From positions 1 to 64,000 of IMG/VR virus record IMGVR_UViG_3300042691_021876: a DNA stretch of 64,000 nt. One strand, 5' to 3'. Shown in pieces: positions 53,241-61,446 of the stretch. Positions within the stretch are counted from its first letter, which is position 1, and each line of letters starts with the position of its first letter. Source of the stretch: a virus. Made by a program: the position numbers and the translations under genes. Under the pieces are notes generated by a model. The model saw only the letters and a list, made by a program, of their open reading frames with translations. It was not told the origin of the DNA and made no database searches.

Positions 53241-53280
53241 CCTGAATGTATTTTATGTATATATTCATGGATGCTGGCAA
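53231..53280 (-). promoter_or_regulatory. start-codon-sequestering hairpin containing a late promoter
   Basis: TTGCCAGCATCC/GGATGCTGGCAA arms covering the ATG at 53240; AATATATA at 53258-53265. Confidence 0.75.
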
Positions 53281-53283
53281 GTA

Positions 53284-53691
53284 TTATTGTGTTATGAGTG
53301 CTTCATACTGTTTTACTTCTGAAATGAATTCTTCACCAAGAATTTTTACCGAAGTGTCAAAATCACGGCGGGACATTTGAAACTTATCACAATACCATTT
53401 TACAGTTTCATCTGTAAACTCTGCTTTTGCTTTTTTGTCCTCTTTAACCTTTTTTGTTTTGACGTACATCCACGAAGGCGTGCGGCTATACATTTTACTC
53501 CAGTTATCCTGCCAATATGAAACAGTCTGCCCTGGGTTAATTCTTAAATGATTAAAGTAAGCTGCTTGCACCGGAAACTTAATTGATGCAAAACGATTAA
53601 TCATAAAGAAATGCTTTGCTCGTTCATGCATAGGAATCTTTTTAAATTCCTGTTGTTTGAACATTGTATTAATAAATTCGAATAAATCCAT
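53284..53691 (-). CDS. clamp loader small subunit (gp62-like)
   Basis: MDLFEFIN...FFMINRFAS pattern. Confidence 0.6.
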   Translation of the reverse strand: MDLFEFINTMFKQQEFKKIPMHERAKHFFMINRFASIKFPVQAAYFNHLRINPGQTVSYWQDNWSKMYSRTPSWMYVKTKKVKEDKKAKAEFTDETVKWYCDKFQMSRRDFDTSVKILGEEFISEVKQYEALITQ

Positions 53692-53737
53692 TGAGTAGAT
53701 GTTTATTAGATGACCCTAGAGGCATTGTTATTTATTG

Positions 53738-53765
53738 ATTATATTTGCTACTGTTAGGATAGTTT
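53738..53765 (-). promoter_or_regulatory. class II promoter
   Basis: AAAC-N18-TATAAT. Confidence 0.7.
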
Positions 53766-53778
53766 TAATCTTTTAGAA

Positions 53779-54885
53779 TTACATTCCAAAATCTTTGAAG
53801 ATATCAGCCTCAACCACAATCTTAGGTCCATTCACATAGTTGGTTCCAGATAGTAAATGAGTCATATCATAATTAGCTGCAGGCAACGAATCATTTTTAT
53901 GTTTCTCAAATGAGATCTTGAAATTATCTTGTATGTCTTGTGGAATAACTCTGCCGTCAAGATAAACTAGAGTTATGTTACGCTCAAGACGAGATTTAAT
54001 AACATCCGCGGCAACAGTCTGTTTACAAGTTGAAGCAATTCCGTTAGCAACTTCCATAGCTCTTTCAGGTAAATGATAGATGTCATCAATGAATTTAGTA
54101 CGGTTTACGATTTCATAAATACGTTCTGCTTTGGCCGGGGTAACTCTAAATGTTTTACCTTTTGCGTCCCATGTCCAAACAGGTGGCACTGCATCACCAG
54201 CGTCTCCAGTAATTACTTTACAGAAAATCATAAATGCTGGATCTATTTCTTCAACAGGAATAGCGTGCATAGCATCTGCAATTAAATCCTTATTACTTCC
54301 CATATAAGTAGAAGCATCGAATAAATCATAGCTTTCGGTTTTAAGCCATTCCTTAAATCCAATAGGAGCAACGATCTTACGATTTTTAGAATTTGGATTA
54401 AAGCATACGACAAAGTTTTTCTCGTTCATGCGAACACATTGTGTTAAGTCACCGTCACCGGTAATGATAACACTGTCTTGTCCTTGTTGAAATAAATGAT
54501 TTGCCCATAAATACATAAGATCATCGCCTTCGGCGCGATCTTCACGAGAAACGATAAATCCTTTTTTGGTTAGGATCTCACCAAACTCATTCATCATTTT
54601 ATAAAACTGGTCCCAGTTAATTTTAGATTCATCCTTGGTACGAGTACCTTTATATGCGCCGTCTTCAATCAGAACCTCCTTTCTCCAGGATCTTGCGTCA
54701 ATTGTAAAGATTATTTTGTCAGGACTTCCGAAGTTACGGATAGCGTGTGACATGTCAGTTGCGATTTTACGCATGAACATATCTTGATCTTTTTTATCAT
54801 CAAGTAGCCTTTTGCCATTTGAATAACCACCGAAGATAAACAGTGTTTTGTAGAATAAGTAATTCCCGTCAAATATTAGATTCAT
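53779..54885 (-). CDS. 5'-3' exonuclease / T4 RNase H-like
   Basis: IFDGNYL, D..SWRK, YKGTR, EGDD, TGDGDL, GDAGDAVP. Confidence 0.88.
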   Translation of the reverse strand: MNLIFDGNYLFYKTLFIFGGYSNGKRLLDDKKDQDMFMRKIATDMSHAIRNFGSPDKIIFTIDARSWRKEVLIEDGAYKGTRTKDESKINWDQFYKMMNEFGEILTKKGFIVSREDRAEGDDLMYLWANHLFQQGQDSVIITGDGDLTQCVRMNEKNFVVCFNPNSKNRKIVAPIGFKEWLKTESYDLFDASTYMGSNKDLIADAMHAIPVEEIDPAFMIFCKVITGDAGDAVPPVWTWDAKGKTFRVTPAKAERIYEIVNRTKFIDDIYHLPERAMEVANGIASTCKQTVAADVIKSRLERNITLVYLDGRVIPQDIQDNFKISFEKHKNDSLPAANYDMTHLLSGTNYVNGPKIVVEADIFKDFGM

Positions 54886-54911
54886 ATAAATATATGTTGT
54901 TTATTATTATA

Positions 54912-54950
54912 TGGTAAAATTAACCAATAGTTTTCACATATGCAAATTTT
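54912..54950 (-). promoter_or_regulatory. class I promoter without an upstream box
   Basis: TTTG-N20-TAATTTTA; spacer nearly identical to the 10496 and 59059 copies. Confidence 0.7.
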
Positions 54951-54968
54951 TGTCCAATTATTTTTGCA

Positions 54969-55439
54969 TTATTTTAATTGTTTTATTCTTGACCTTAACG
55001 CAGCAACCGCAGTTTCAAAATCATTAAATAATGGAACGTTAAATCTATGACAAACTATTTCAACATTACCTTTTCTCCAGAATCCGTCCGGACAGCAAAC
55101 TATTAGTCTATTACTATTAGCATGTAATCCTAATTCCAATAAAGTAATTGGTGATTTAGATTCTGGTAAGATGTTCATAAAGATTATATCAGCTTCTTCC
55201 AATTTGTCCATTTCCCAATTTACTTGACCATTAAACTCTGGATTAGTAGCTCTTTGTTCCCATGAAGAATCCCATTCATCTCTTCGAGGATTAAAGAATG
55301 TTACTTCACAATCATCGAGTTTATTCTGTACCTCTGTCTGCCAATCAACAGACGAACCCATATCTATGGAACCAGCTAAAAAAATCCCAGGGTAATTGTC
55401 CTGGGATTGATTAGAGCTAGTAGGTTTAATTACTTGCAT
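54969..55439 (-). CDS. nucleoside 2-deoxyribosyltransferase-like protein
   Basis: IFLAGSI, DWQ, FNPRR, QVNWE, SPITLLELG. Confidence 0.85.
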   Translation of the reverse strand: MQVIKPTSSNQSQDNYPGIFLAGSIDMGSSVDWQTEVQNKLDDCEVTFFNPRRDEWDSSWEQRATNPEFNGQVNWEMDKLEEADIIFMNILPESKSPITLLELGLHANSNRLIVCCPDGFWRKGNVEIVCHRFNVPLFNDFETAVAALRSRIKQLK

Positions 55440-56943
55440 TAGTCAATTCCATTATTTTAGCTCTGATTGCAGTCAAAGTAGTTTGGTTATAGAAGTTTCC
55501 GTTTTCATATATTGTTTGTAATACTCCCGTGTTCTCTTCTTCAGCAGAACATTGTGTTTTTACAGTGTATACACCGTTTTCTTCAATCACAGCACATTTA
55601 CCTTTTAATGATTTTTTAGTACCATCATCAGTTATTGGTTCTTTATAGATGTCAATCCCTTTTCCGTTATTCTCAAACCAAGCACCTTTTGCAGCGTACC
55701 CAAAAGTATCACGTGTAGTGAATTGGTATGTAAATGAACCTACACCTAAAACAATATTAGTTGAAGCAAATCCTTTAGCTTCTAATCTTGTATAGATTTC
55801 AATTTGACGGTCAAGTGTAATTGAATCTCCATAGATTGCTCCAATATGTGGGTCTAATACTTTGTAACCTTGAGCATTAATAGTACCGCCAAAGATATCC
55901 CAAAGTAATTCAATTACTCCTTTTTCAGCGGAATCCACGTTTTCATCGTATGGATTTTGTTCAGCATTCCAGCTTTTACCACAGATGATATCTACTGGGT
56001 CACCAGAGTCAGGACGAATTACAAGTTTACCATCACGTGACATGATTTGATCTTTGTTTGCTGGTAAATACTCAGTAATTAATTTCCATAGGTCAAAGGT
56101 ATCCGCTACGATAGAAAGGATTCCTTTATCAAATTCTGTTAACCAATCGGATATCATTTGTTGCTCACCTACGGTAAAAATTTTGGTAGTTGAGACAGAG
56201 TGCTCAGAAGCATTTACTGAAGCTATGCAAACTTCATCCTCAGATTCATCATAGAAATAACGGGCAGCTGGAATGACCACGATTGAGTCAGAACCCATAA
56301 AAGAAAAGGCGTGTCCAAGACCAGAAGATAAACTATCCCAAGGAGATAATCCACGAGCTGAGAAATCATGGCATAAGTAAGGAATTAACCAAGCATTTTC
56401 AGGGTCAGTTTTAGTTACCCATTTTACAAGGTTTCTTTTATACTGTAATGCAATAGTTGCAGAAGTAGCTGGTTTCCAAGCTAAAGATGAGATAATAGTT
56501 TCAAGATATAATGTTAACCAAGCAAAGCCAGGTACAGTGTTAATGAAAGTCATATGAGGAATATTTGCATCGGTCTCAATTCCTTCAGGTAAGGCTTTGA
56601 TTTTAATAGGCAAGTATCCTAAATCGTGTAGTGCTTCAAAGTGCGAAGCATCGTATGGCATACCTAAGTATTTTGCCATGTCAGTTCCAAATTTGGTTGC
56701 AGTTTCTCGTGGCATGCTAAAGAAATTCTCTTGCCATTCAGCATGTAACCAACGAACAGTTAATTGATGACCAATGGAAAGAATTTTGTCAATTCCTTTT
56801 GGTGCATGTTTTGTACTTCTTGGGATCCAAGTTCCGTATAAGAAATCCGTGCCTGGGGCAAGCATTCTTTTATGACCAACTTTATATCCGTCAGAATAAT
56901 AAGGAGCAGGTGCTCTAAAAGTCTTTTGTAATTTAGATAACAT
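55426..56943 (-). CDS. nicotinamide phosphoribosyltransferase-like (candidate Namat of NARP1)
   Basis: SDGYKVGH, HDFSARG, ASEHS, SIVADTFD, VIRPDSGDP, IYGDSIT, FTTRDT, KKSLKG. Confidence 0.9.
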   Translation of the reverse strand: MLSKLQKTFRAPAPYYSDGYKVGHKRMLAPGTDFLYGTWIPRSTKHAPKGIDKILSIGHQLTVRWLHAEWQENFFSMPRETATKFGTDMAKYLGMPYDASHFEALHDLGYLPIKIKALPEGIETDANIPHMTFINTVPGFAWLTLYLETIISSLAWKPATSATIALQYKRNLVKWVTKTDPENAWLIPYLCHDFSARGLSPWDSLSSGLGHAFSFMGSDSIVVIPAARYFYDESEDEVCIASVNASEHSVSTTKIFTVGEQQMISDWLTEFDKGILSIVADTFDLWKLITEYLPANKDQIMSRDGKLVIRPDSGDPVDIICGKSWNAEQNPYDENVDSAEKGVIELLWDIFGGTINAQGYKVLDPHIGAIYGDSITLDRQIEIYTRLEAKGFASTNIVLGVGSFTYQFTTRDTFGYAAKGAWFENNGKGIDIYKEPITDDGTKKSLKGKCAVIEENGVYTVKTQCSAEEENTGVLQTIYENGNFYNQTTLTAIRAKIMELTNASN

Positions 56944-56965
56944 AATTTATATTTGTTTTAAATTA

Positions 56966-57027
56966 ATAGTTAAAATTAACCAAAATAAAGATACTAAGCA
57001 AATATTTTGGTGCGAAGTTATTAACAA
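56966..57027 (-). promoter_or_regulatory. class I promoter with TTATTAACA box (57018-57026)
   Basis: TGTTAATAA-N15-TTTG-N20-TAATTTTA. Confidence 0.8.
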
Positions 57028-57501
57028 TTATAAAAGTTCTTGTTTAACTATTGTAATTGCTTGGCCTAAAAGATTAAGACCTTTCCAACACATTGGATAC
57101 TCAACATTAGGATCGTCTTCAGCCATTCCTATACCCCAGATATTATCAAGTGGTGATGCCTCAACCATGATTCTTTTACCTGTAAGCATTAATGCAGCTT
57201 TAAGATCAGGATTTTGTTTAAACTTAAAATAGTTTCCTTTGATTACAATGCTTAGGCAAACTTTATCCCAAACACTTTTGTCAAAGTTTTTAATCATACG
57301 GCCATATTTCTTTTGCTCTCTTGGATTAGATTCTTCCATGATAAGTTTAGCAATTTCCGTATCACCAAATGTTAAGGCTTTTTGGTGCATCATGTATTGT
57401 TCACATGAATTGTAAGTGATACCGTCAATAGTCATATTTGCTTTATGCCATTGAGAGTAAATACCACTCCAGAAGAATACGTATTTATTTGTGGTTTTCA
57501 T
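57028..57501 (-). CDS. NADAR family (YbiA-like) ADP-ribosylhydrolase
   Basis: FFW..YSQW, EQYMMHQKA..FGD, KFKQN, VEASPLDNIWGIG, GLNLLG. Confidence 0.92.
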   Translation of the reverse strand: MKTTNKYVFFWSGIYSQWHKANMTIDGITYNSCEQYMMHQKALTFGDTEIAKLIMEESNPREQKKYGRMIKNFDKSVWDKVCLSIVIKGNYFKFKQNPDLKAALMLTGKRIMVEASPLDNIWGIGMAEDDPNVEYPMCWKGLNLLGQAITIVKQELL

Positions 57502-58142
57502 TATTGTGGTAAGATTACGATTGTTACTTTACAATCAATTAATTCTGTTTGAATAATTTTTTTGATTCTTTCCCAATCGCCACCAGCAAGACCAGCGCCA
57601 ATTTTAGGAAGACCTATATGAAGTCCTTTAAACTCAACATTTAGTTTTCTCATTACGATTGTGATTGCTTCATAATCCACGGGTTTGGAAACGCCGTCTA
57701 TATGATTCTTGCCATAACGATATTGTGTATAGGCATTCACAACAGTTAATTCAGGATCATTGTTAATGTTAGAATCCAATTTGCGATTCCATAGACCACC
57801 TTTAGATATTACAAAGGTTTCATAGTCAATGCAACCTAATTTGTTTATGCTTGGACCTTTAAGTTCTAAGTTAAATTTATCACAGCCAAAAGCTTGAGCC
57901 ATATGTGGAGCAATACCAGCTGCCATAGTTGAATGACAATTACAGCCATGAACAATTACATTAAAAGCACCTTCTTTAGCTAAGGCTATAAGATCACCGG
58001 TAACTTCAGAATATCTTGCTTTTAGTTTTGCTTCTTCTAATACATTAGTGATTGGCGATTCTTGGCATGGATCTATTTTACATTCACCATTACAAGGACC
58101 GTGTTCACAATACCAACAGTGGAGTCCAATACCTATAGCCAT
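57501..58142 (-). CDS. macrodomain protein with Cys-rich N-terminal extension
   Basis: GDL, IVHGCNC..TMAAGIA, VNAYTQY, LPKIGAGLAGGDW. Confidence 0.9.
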   Translation of the reverse strand: MAIGIGLHCWYCEHGPCNGECKIDPCQESPITNVLEEAKLKARYSEVTGDLIALAKEGAFNVIVHGCNCHSTMAAGIAPHMAQAFGCDKFNLELKGPSINKLGCIDYETFVISKGGLWNRKLDSNINNDPELTVVNAYTQYRYGKNHIDGVSKPVDYEAITIVMRKLNVEFKGLHIGLPKIGAGLAGGDWERIKKIIQTELIDCKVTIVILPQ

Positions 58143-59044
58143 TAGAATACGTTATAAACGTTAAGTTTATGTAATTCATTATCGTTTTGGATTGAAAACT
58201 CTGAATCATTTTCAGGACGGATTGAATTAGTTGTGTAAATTGCATCAAACAATTTGTTTAGTTCCTTTAGACCGCTTGAAAAGATACCGTGTGTGATTAC
58301 TAATGTTATAGTATCATTAAATATTTCTTGTGGTCGGATTTCACGAATTGCTTTTGCTAATTCAATAAAGGTTCTACCGCCATCACAAATATCATCAACA
58401 ATAACAAAGTTTTGTGGACCTGCTCCGTAATTACTTTGTGGTATTTCAGTATGAGTAATCTTACCGGTTTTAACATCACGGTGCTTATTTGCCACAATAA
58501 TTTTATCAATACTGAATGTTTCAGCCACATGATAAATTTTCTTTAATGCACCAGCATCAGGAGAAACAAGATGTAAGGTTTCTCGAGCGCCGTTTTTATT
58601 ATCAATCTTGGTTAAAGCAAACTTAACTAACCCTGTGTTATCAGTTTTCTTGAAGTTATTTAAACATGCTTCAAGAACATCGGAATGAGGATCCAATACA
58701 TGCACCTCTGAAAAATTCTGAGAGTTAATGATTGGGCAAATAACAGTCTTAAGGTAATTTGTAGAACCTATTAAGAATTTTCTATCAGATCTTGCACCTA
58801 AGAAATACGGAACATACAGACTAACAGATTTTGCACCAAGTTCAAGTAATGCTTGGTTTGCACAAATGATTAATTCCAAATCACGAAATGAGTTTAATCT
58901 TGATTTGATTTGAACTGATTTGATTTTGTTATTAAAAGAATACCCACTTGGCTCAATCGTAATAGATTGTTGACCGTCAGGAAAGCTTGAGATTTTAAAT
59001 CCAATTTCGGATTTTGTAGAATCTGCTAAATTAAGTATGTTCAT
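58142..59044 (-). CDS. ribose-phosphate pyrophosphokinase-like (candidate Adps of NARP1)
   Basis: FPDGQ, PYFLGARSDR, LDPHS, VSPDAGA, IVDDICDGGRTF, THGIFS; start re-assigned to MNILNL. Confidence 0.9.
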   Translation of the reverse strand: MNILNLADSTKSEIGFKISSFPDGQQSITIEPSGYSFNNKIKSVQIKSRLNSFRDLELIICANQALLELGAKSVSLYVPYFLGARSDRKFLIGSTNYLKTVICPIINSQNFSEVHVLDPHSDVLEACLNNFKKTDNTGLVKFALTKIDNKNGARETLHLVSPDAGALKKIYHVAETFSIDKIIVANKHRDVKTGKITHTEIPQSNYGAGPQNFVIVDDICDGGRTFIELAKAIREIRPQEIFNDTITLVITHGIFSSGLKELNKLFDAIYTTNSIRPENDSEFSIQNDNELHKLNVYNVF

Positions 59045-59058
59045 ATTATTTTTATTTA

Positions 59059-59123
59059 GATAGTTAAAATTAACCAATTGTTTTCACAATGGCAAACTTT
59101 AATCTAATAAGTTATTAACAACT
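59059..59123 (-). promoter_or_regulatory. class I promoter with TTATTAACA box (59112-59120)
   Basis: TGTTAATAA-N15-TTTG-N20-TAATTTTA. Confidence 0.8.
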
Positions 59124-59124
59124 A

Positions 59125-59385
59125 TTATTCAGCTATTACATAATTCCATTTTTGCATTAGCTCTTCAACTCTTGAGTCAAGCTGTTTACGTAAGATTGCT
59201 AATTCATTAACCATTGGAAGCGGTCCTTGCCAAACTCGTTCTCTTTGTAAATCACCTTCTCTGTCTATAAAATAGATATACATTCTCGGTCCAATTTTTG
59301 CAATGTCAAATTTCTTTGGACTTAATGCTGGATATTTTTCAGCAATAAATTTCTTAAGGTCTTTTGCCGTGTTCATTATCTTCAA
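59125..59385 (-). CDS. hypothetical protein
   Basis: 86 aa. Confidence 0.6.
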   Translation of the reverse strand: MKIMNTAKDLKKFIAEKYPALSPKKFDIAKIGPRMYIYFIDREGDLQRERVWQGPLPMVNELAILRKQLDSRVEELMQKWNYVIAE

Positions 59386-59683
59386 TTTTGATTACGTCTT
59401 CACCATCTTTATATTTAGCACGAACTTCGGCTAAAAAGAATTTACCTTGAGATTCCGCGGCGCAAAATTCTCTATATGTTTCAGGCATGAACTTGCAGTA
59501 TTTGTATTTCTTGTCATTATTAAACGTAACTGTAAACTCATATTTTAAAGCATCATATGTAGTTTCTTTTAATAAAGATGATGTCCACTGTTTAGTTTCA
59601 GGAACGTATTCACGAGCATAGTCTCTCATGATTTGGTCTAATGAAACATGTTCATCAGAGCTAATTGGTAATTCGCTTTTCAT
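59354..59683 (-). CDS. KTSC domain protein
   Basis: SSLL...YD....TVTFNN...YKY......Y.EF.AAESQGKFF. Confidence 0.8.
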   Translation of the reverse strand: MKSELPISSDEHVSLDQIMRDYAREYVPETKQWTSSLLKETTYDALKYEFTVTFNNDKKYKYCKFMPETYREFCAAESQGKFFLAEVRAKYKDGEDVIKIEDNEHGKRP

Positions 59684-59685
59684 AA

Positions 59686-60633
59686 TTAAGAATTTAAAAT
59701 GATTTGAGTTTCAAATACTGCTGCAAGCATTGTAATGCAAGGATCAATCACGTGTACTCGTTGTGCTTGATAGTGAGCAATCTTAATTAAGATTTGCGGT
59801 ACCTTTGCAAATTTGGTAGGATGATTATCTCTTATGTAATCTGGAAGCTCTTGACCTAATGCATGAAGAACATCATCAACTTTACTACTATAATTTGTCA
59901 TTAAGAATTTGTAATTCTCTTGAGAATTTGGAGCACCAAGCACAAGATCAAATACATCACGATATGAATAGTTTAATTTACGAACATCTTCAGGCTGGAT
60001 TTCTTTTACACCTTGAACATGGAAAGTTTGAATTTTATTTACAATAGAACGCATGTCAGGAAAATTCCTTTTCACAAATTCAATTACTGCTTCTTTACTA
60101 ATAGTAATTCCACAAGCTGTAAAGATTTGGTATGATCTTTTAATAAACTCAACCATTACTTCTTTTTCTTCTTCTTTACTTAAAAAGTCAAAAGGAATAC
60201 AAGTAAACCTAGATTGAACTGGGTCTGGTACTTTATTAATGTAGTTACAAGTTCCGATGAATCTTGCGTTATTAGCAAATTTCTCAATCGTTGCTCTAAG
60301 AGCTTTGTAAAATTGATCACTTGCTCCGTCCATCTCGTCAAGAATAACCACTTTAAATTTTTCAGCGCCATCAAGAAGACTAATGGTAGAACACCATGTA
60401 GATATCTTATCACGGATTACATCAACTGAACTTTCGTCAGATACGTTAATGTAAAGTGTTGGATAGTTTTTTGCTAACACTTTTGCTAAAGAGGTTTTAC
60501 CTAAACCGGCTGAACCATAGAACAAGTAGTTCTGATGTAATTCGCCGTTACCTAATGATTGTCTGATTCTTTTTGGTAGAATCATTTGGTCCAAATTCTG
60601 TGGACGATATTTTTCTGTAAATAGTTTGCTCAT
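59686..60633 (-). CDS. clamp loader large subunit (gp44/RFC-like)
   Basis: EKYRP, GSAGLGKT, ILDEMD, FIGTCNY, QSRF, FPDMR. Confidence 0.92.
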   Translation of the reverse strand: MSKLFTEKYRPQNLDQMILPKRIRQSLGNGELHQNYLFYGSAGLGKTSLAKVLAKNYPTLYINVSDESSVDVIRDKISTWCSTISLLDGAEKFKVVILDEMDGASDQFYKALRATIEKFANNARFIGTCNYINKVPDPVQSRFTCIPFDFLSKEEEKEVMVEFIKRSYQIFTACGITISKEAVIEFVKRNFPDMRSIVNKIQTFHVQGVKEIQPEDVRKLNYSYRDVFDLVLGAPNSQENYKFLMTNYSSKVDDVLHALGQELPDYIRDNHPTKFAKVPQILIKIAHYQAQRVHVIDPCITMLAAVFETQIILNS

Positions 60634-60637
60634 GTAA

Positions 60638-60666
60638 TTTATATACTTAATGGTATACCTTAGTTT
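60638..60666 (-). promoter_or_regulatory. class II promoter (spacer variant)
   Basis: AAAC-N19-TATAAA. Confidence 0.5.
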
Positions 60667-60674
60667 TTAATTTC

Positions 60675-61355
60675 TTAATATTGTTTTCTTAATAATTCAA
60701 TTACATCCCAAGCATCTTCAACTGCATTGTGTGTAACTATTTCTGGTAATCCTGCTCTGCTTTTACATTCCGATAAGTTAGGCAAAGAATTGTCTTTAGC
60801 CCAATCAACAAAAAGAACCGCAGGATCTATTACTCGTTGTTGGATACGAATAAGTTTTTTCCAATTAGGAAGTCTTTCAAGGAATAGCTTATCAAATGTT
60901 CCGAAGTTTTTACCAGCCACTGTTACAATGACGGGTTTAGTTCTTAAGTTAACTACAGGAACCAAATGTCCTTCAATCCATTTAACTTGTTGACCTATGT
61001 TAATCTCTGTTGTTTTTTCACTGCTGATACCATTTATGTATAAGAATTGATAAATTGCTTCAGCAACTTCCTCCTCCTTCATAAATTGCATGCCAGTGAA
61101 ATGAACCATATCATTTTTCTCATCTTGGTCTACAGCAGTCTGATAGCTGTTAATCGTTTCAATTAAATCAGCGTTCATATTAATTGCGTACGGAGATCCA
61201 GAGATTCTATCTCTTAAGATTGCTATGTGTAATTTTGGAATTTCATCAAATGGCAGTTTCTTTGATGTATCTTCTAAGATAATACCTACTGATAAGACTT
61301 GGTCATTTTCAGGGTCAATACCGGTCGTCTCGATATCTATACTTAAATATTTCAT
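60675..61355 (-). CDS. DEDDh 3'-5' exonuclease
   Basis: SIDIETTG, GKNFGTFD, HNAVEDA. Confidence 0.88.
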   Translation of the reverse strand: MKYLSIDIETTGIDPENDQVLSVGIILEDTSKKLPFDEIPKLHIAILRDRISGSPYAINMNADLIETINSYQTAVDQDEKNDMVHFTGMQFMKEEEVAEAIYQFLYINGISSEKTTEINIGQQVKWIEGHLVPVVNLRTKPVIVTVAGKNFGTFDKLFLERLPNWKKLIRIQQRVIDPAVLFVDWAKDNSLPNLSECKSRAGLPEIVTHNAVEDAWDVIELLRKQY

Positions 61356-61377
61356 ATATGTGTAGTTTTAAATTATA

Positions 61378-61437
61378 TGCAAATATAAACAAAAAGTTCC
61401 GTAGTATTGCTACTACAGAACCAAATGTTTTTAACAA
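61378..61437 (-). promoter_or_regulatory. composite terminator + class I promoter with TTTTTAACA box (61428-61436)
   Basis: -7 TATATTTG; hairpin GTTC.GTAGTA/TACTAC.GAAC ending the portal transcript. Confidence 0.7.
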
Positions 61438-61446
61438 ATTTATGTG

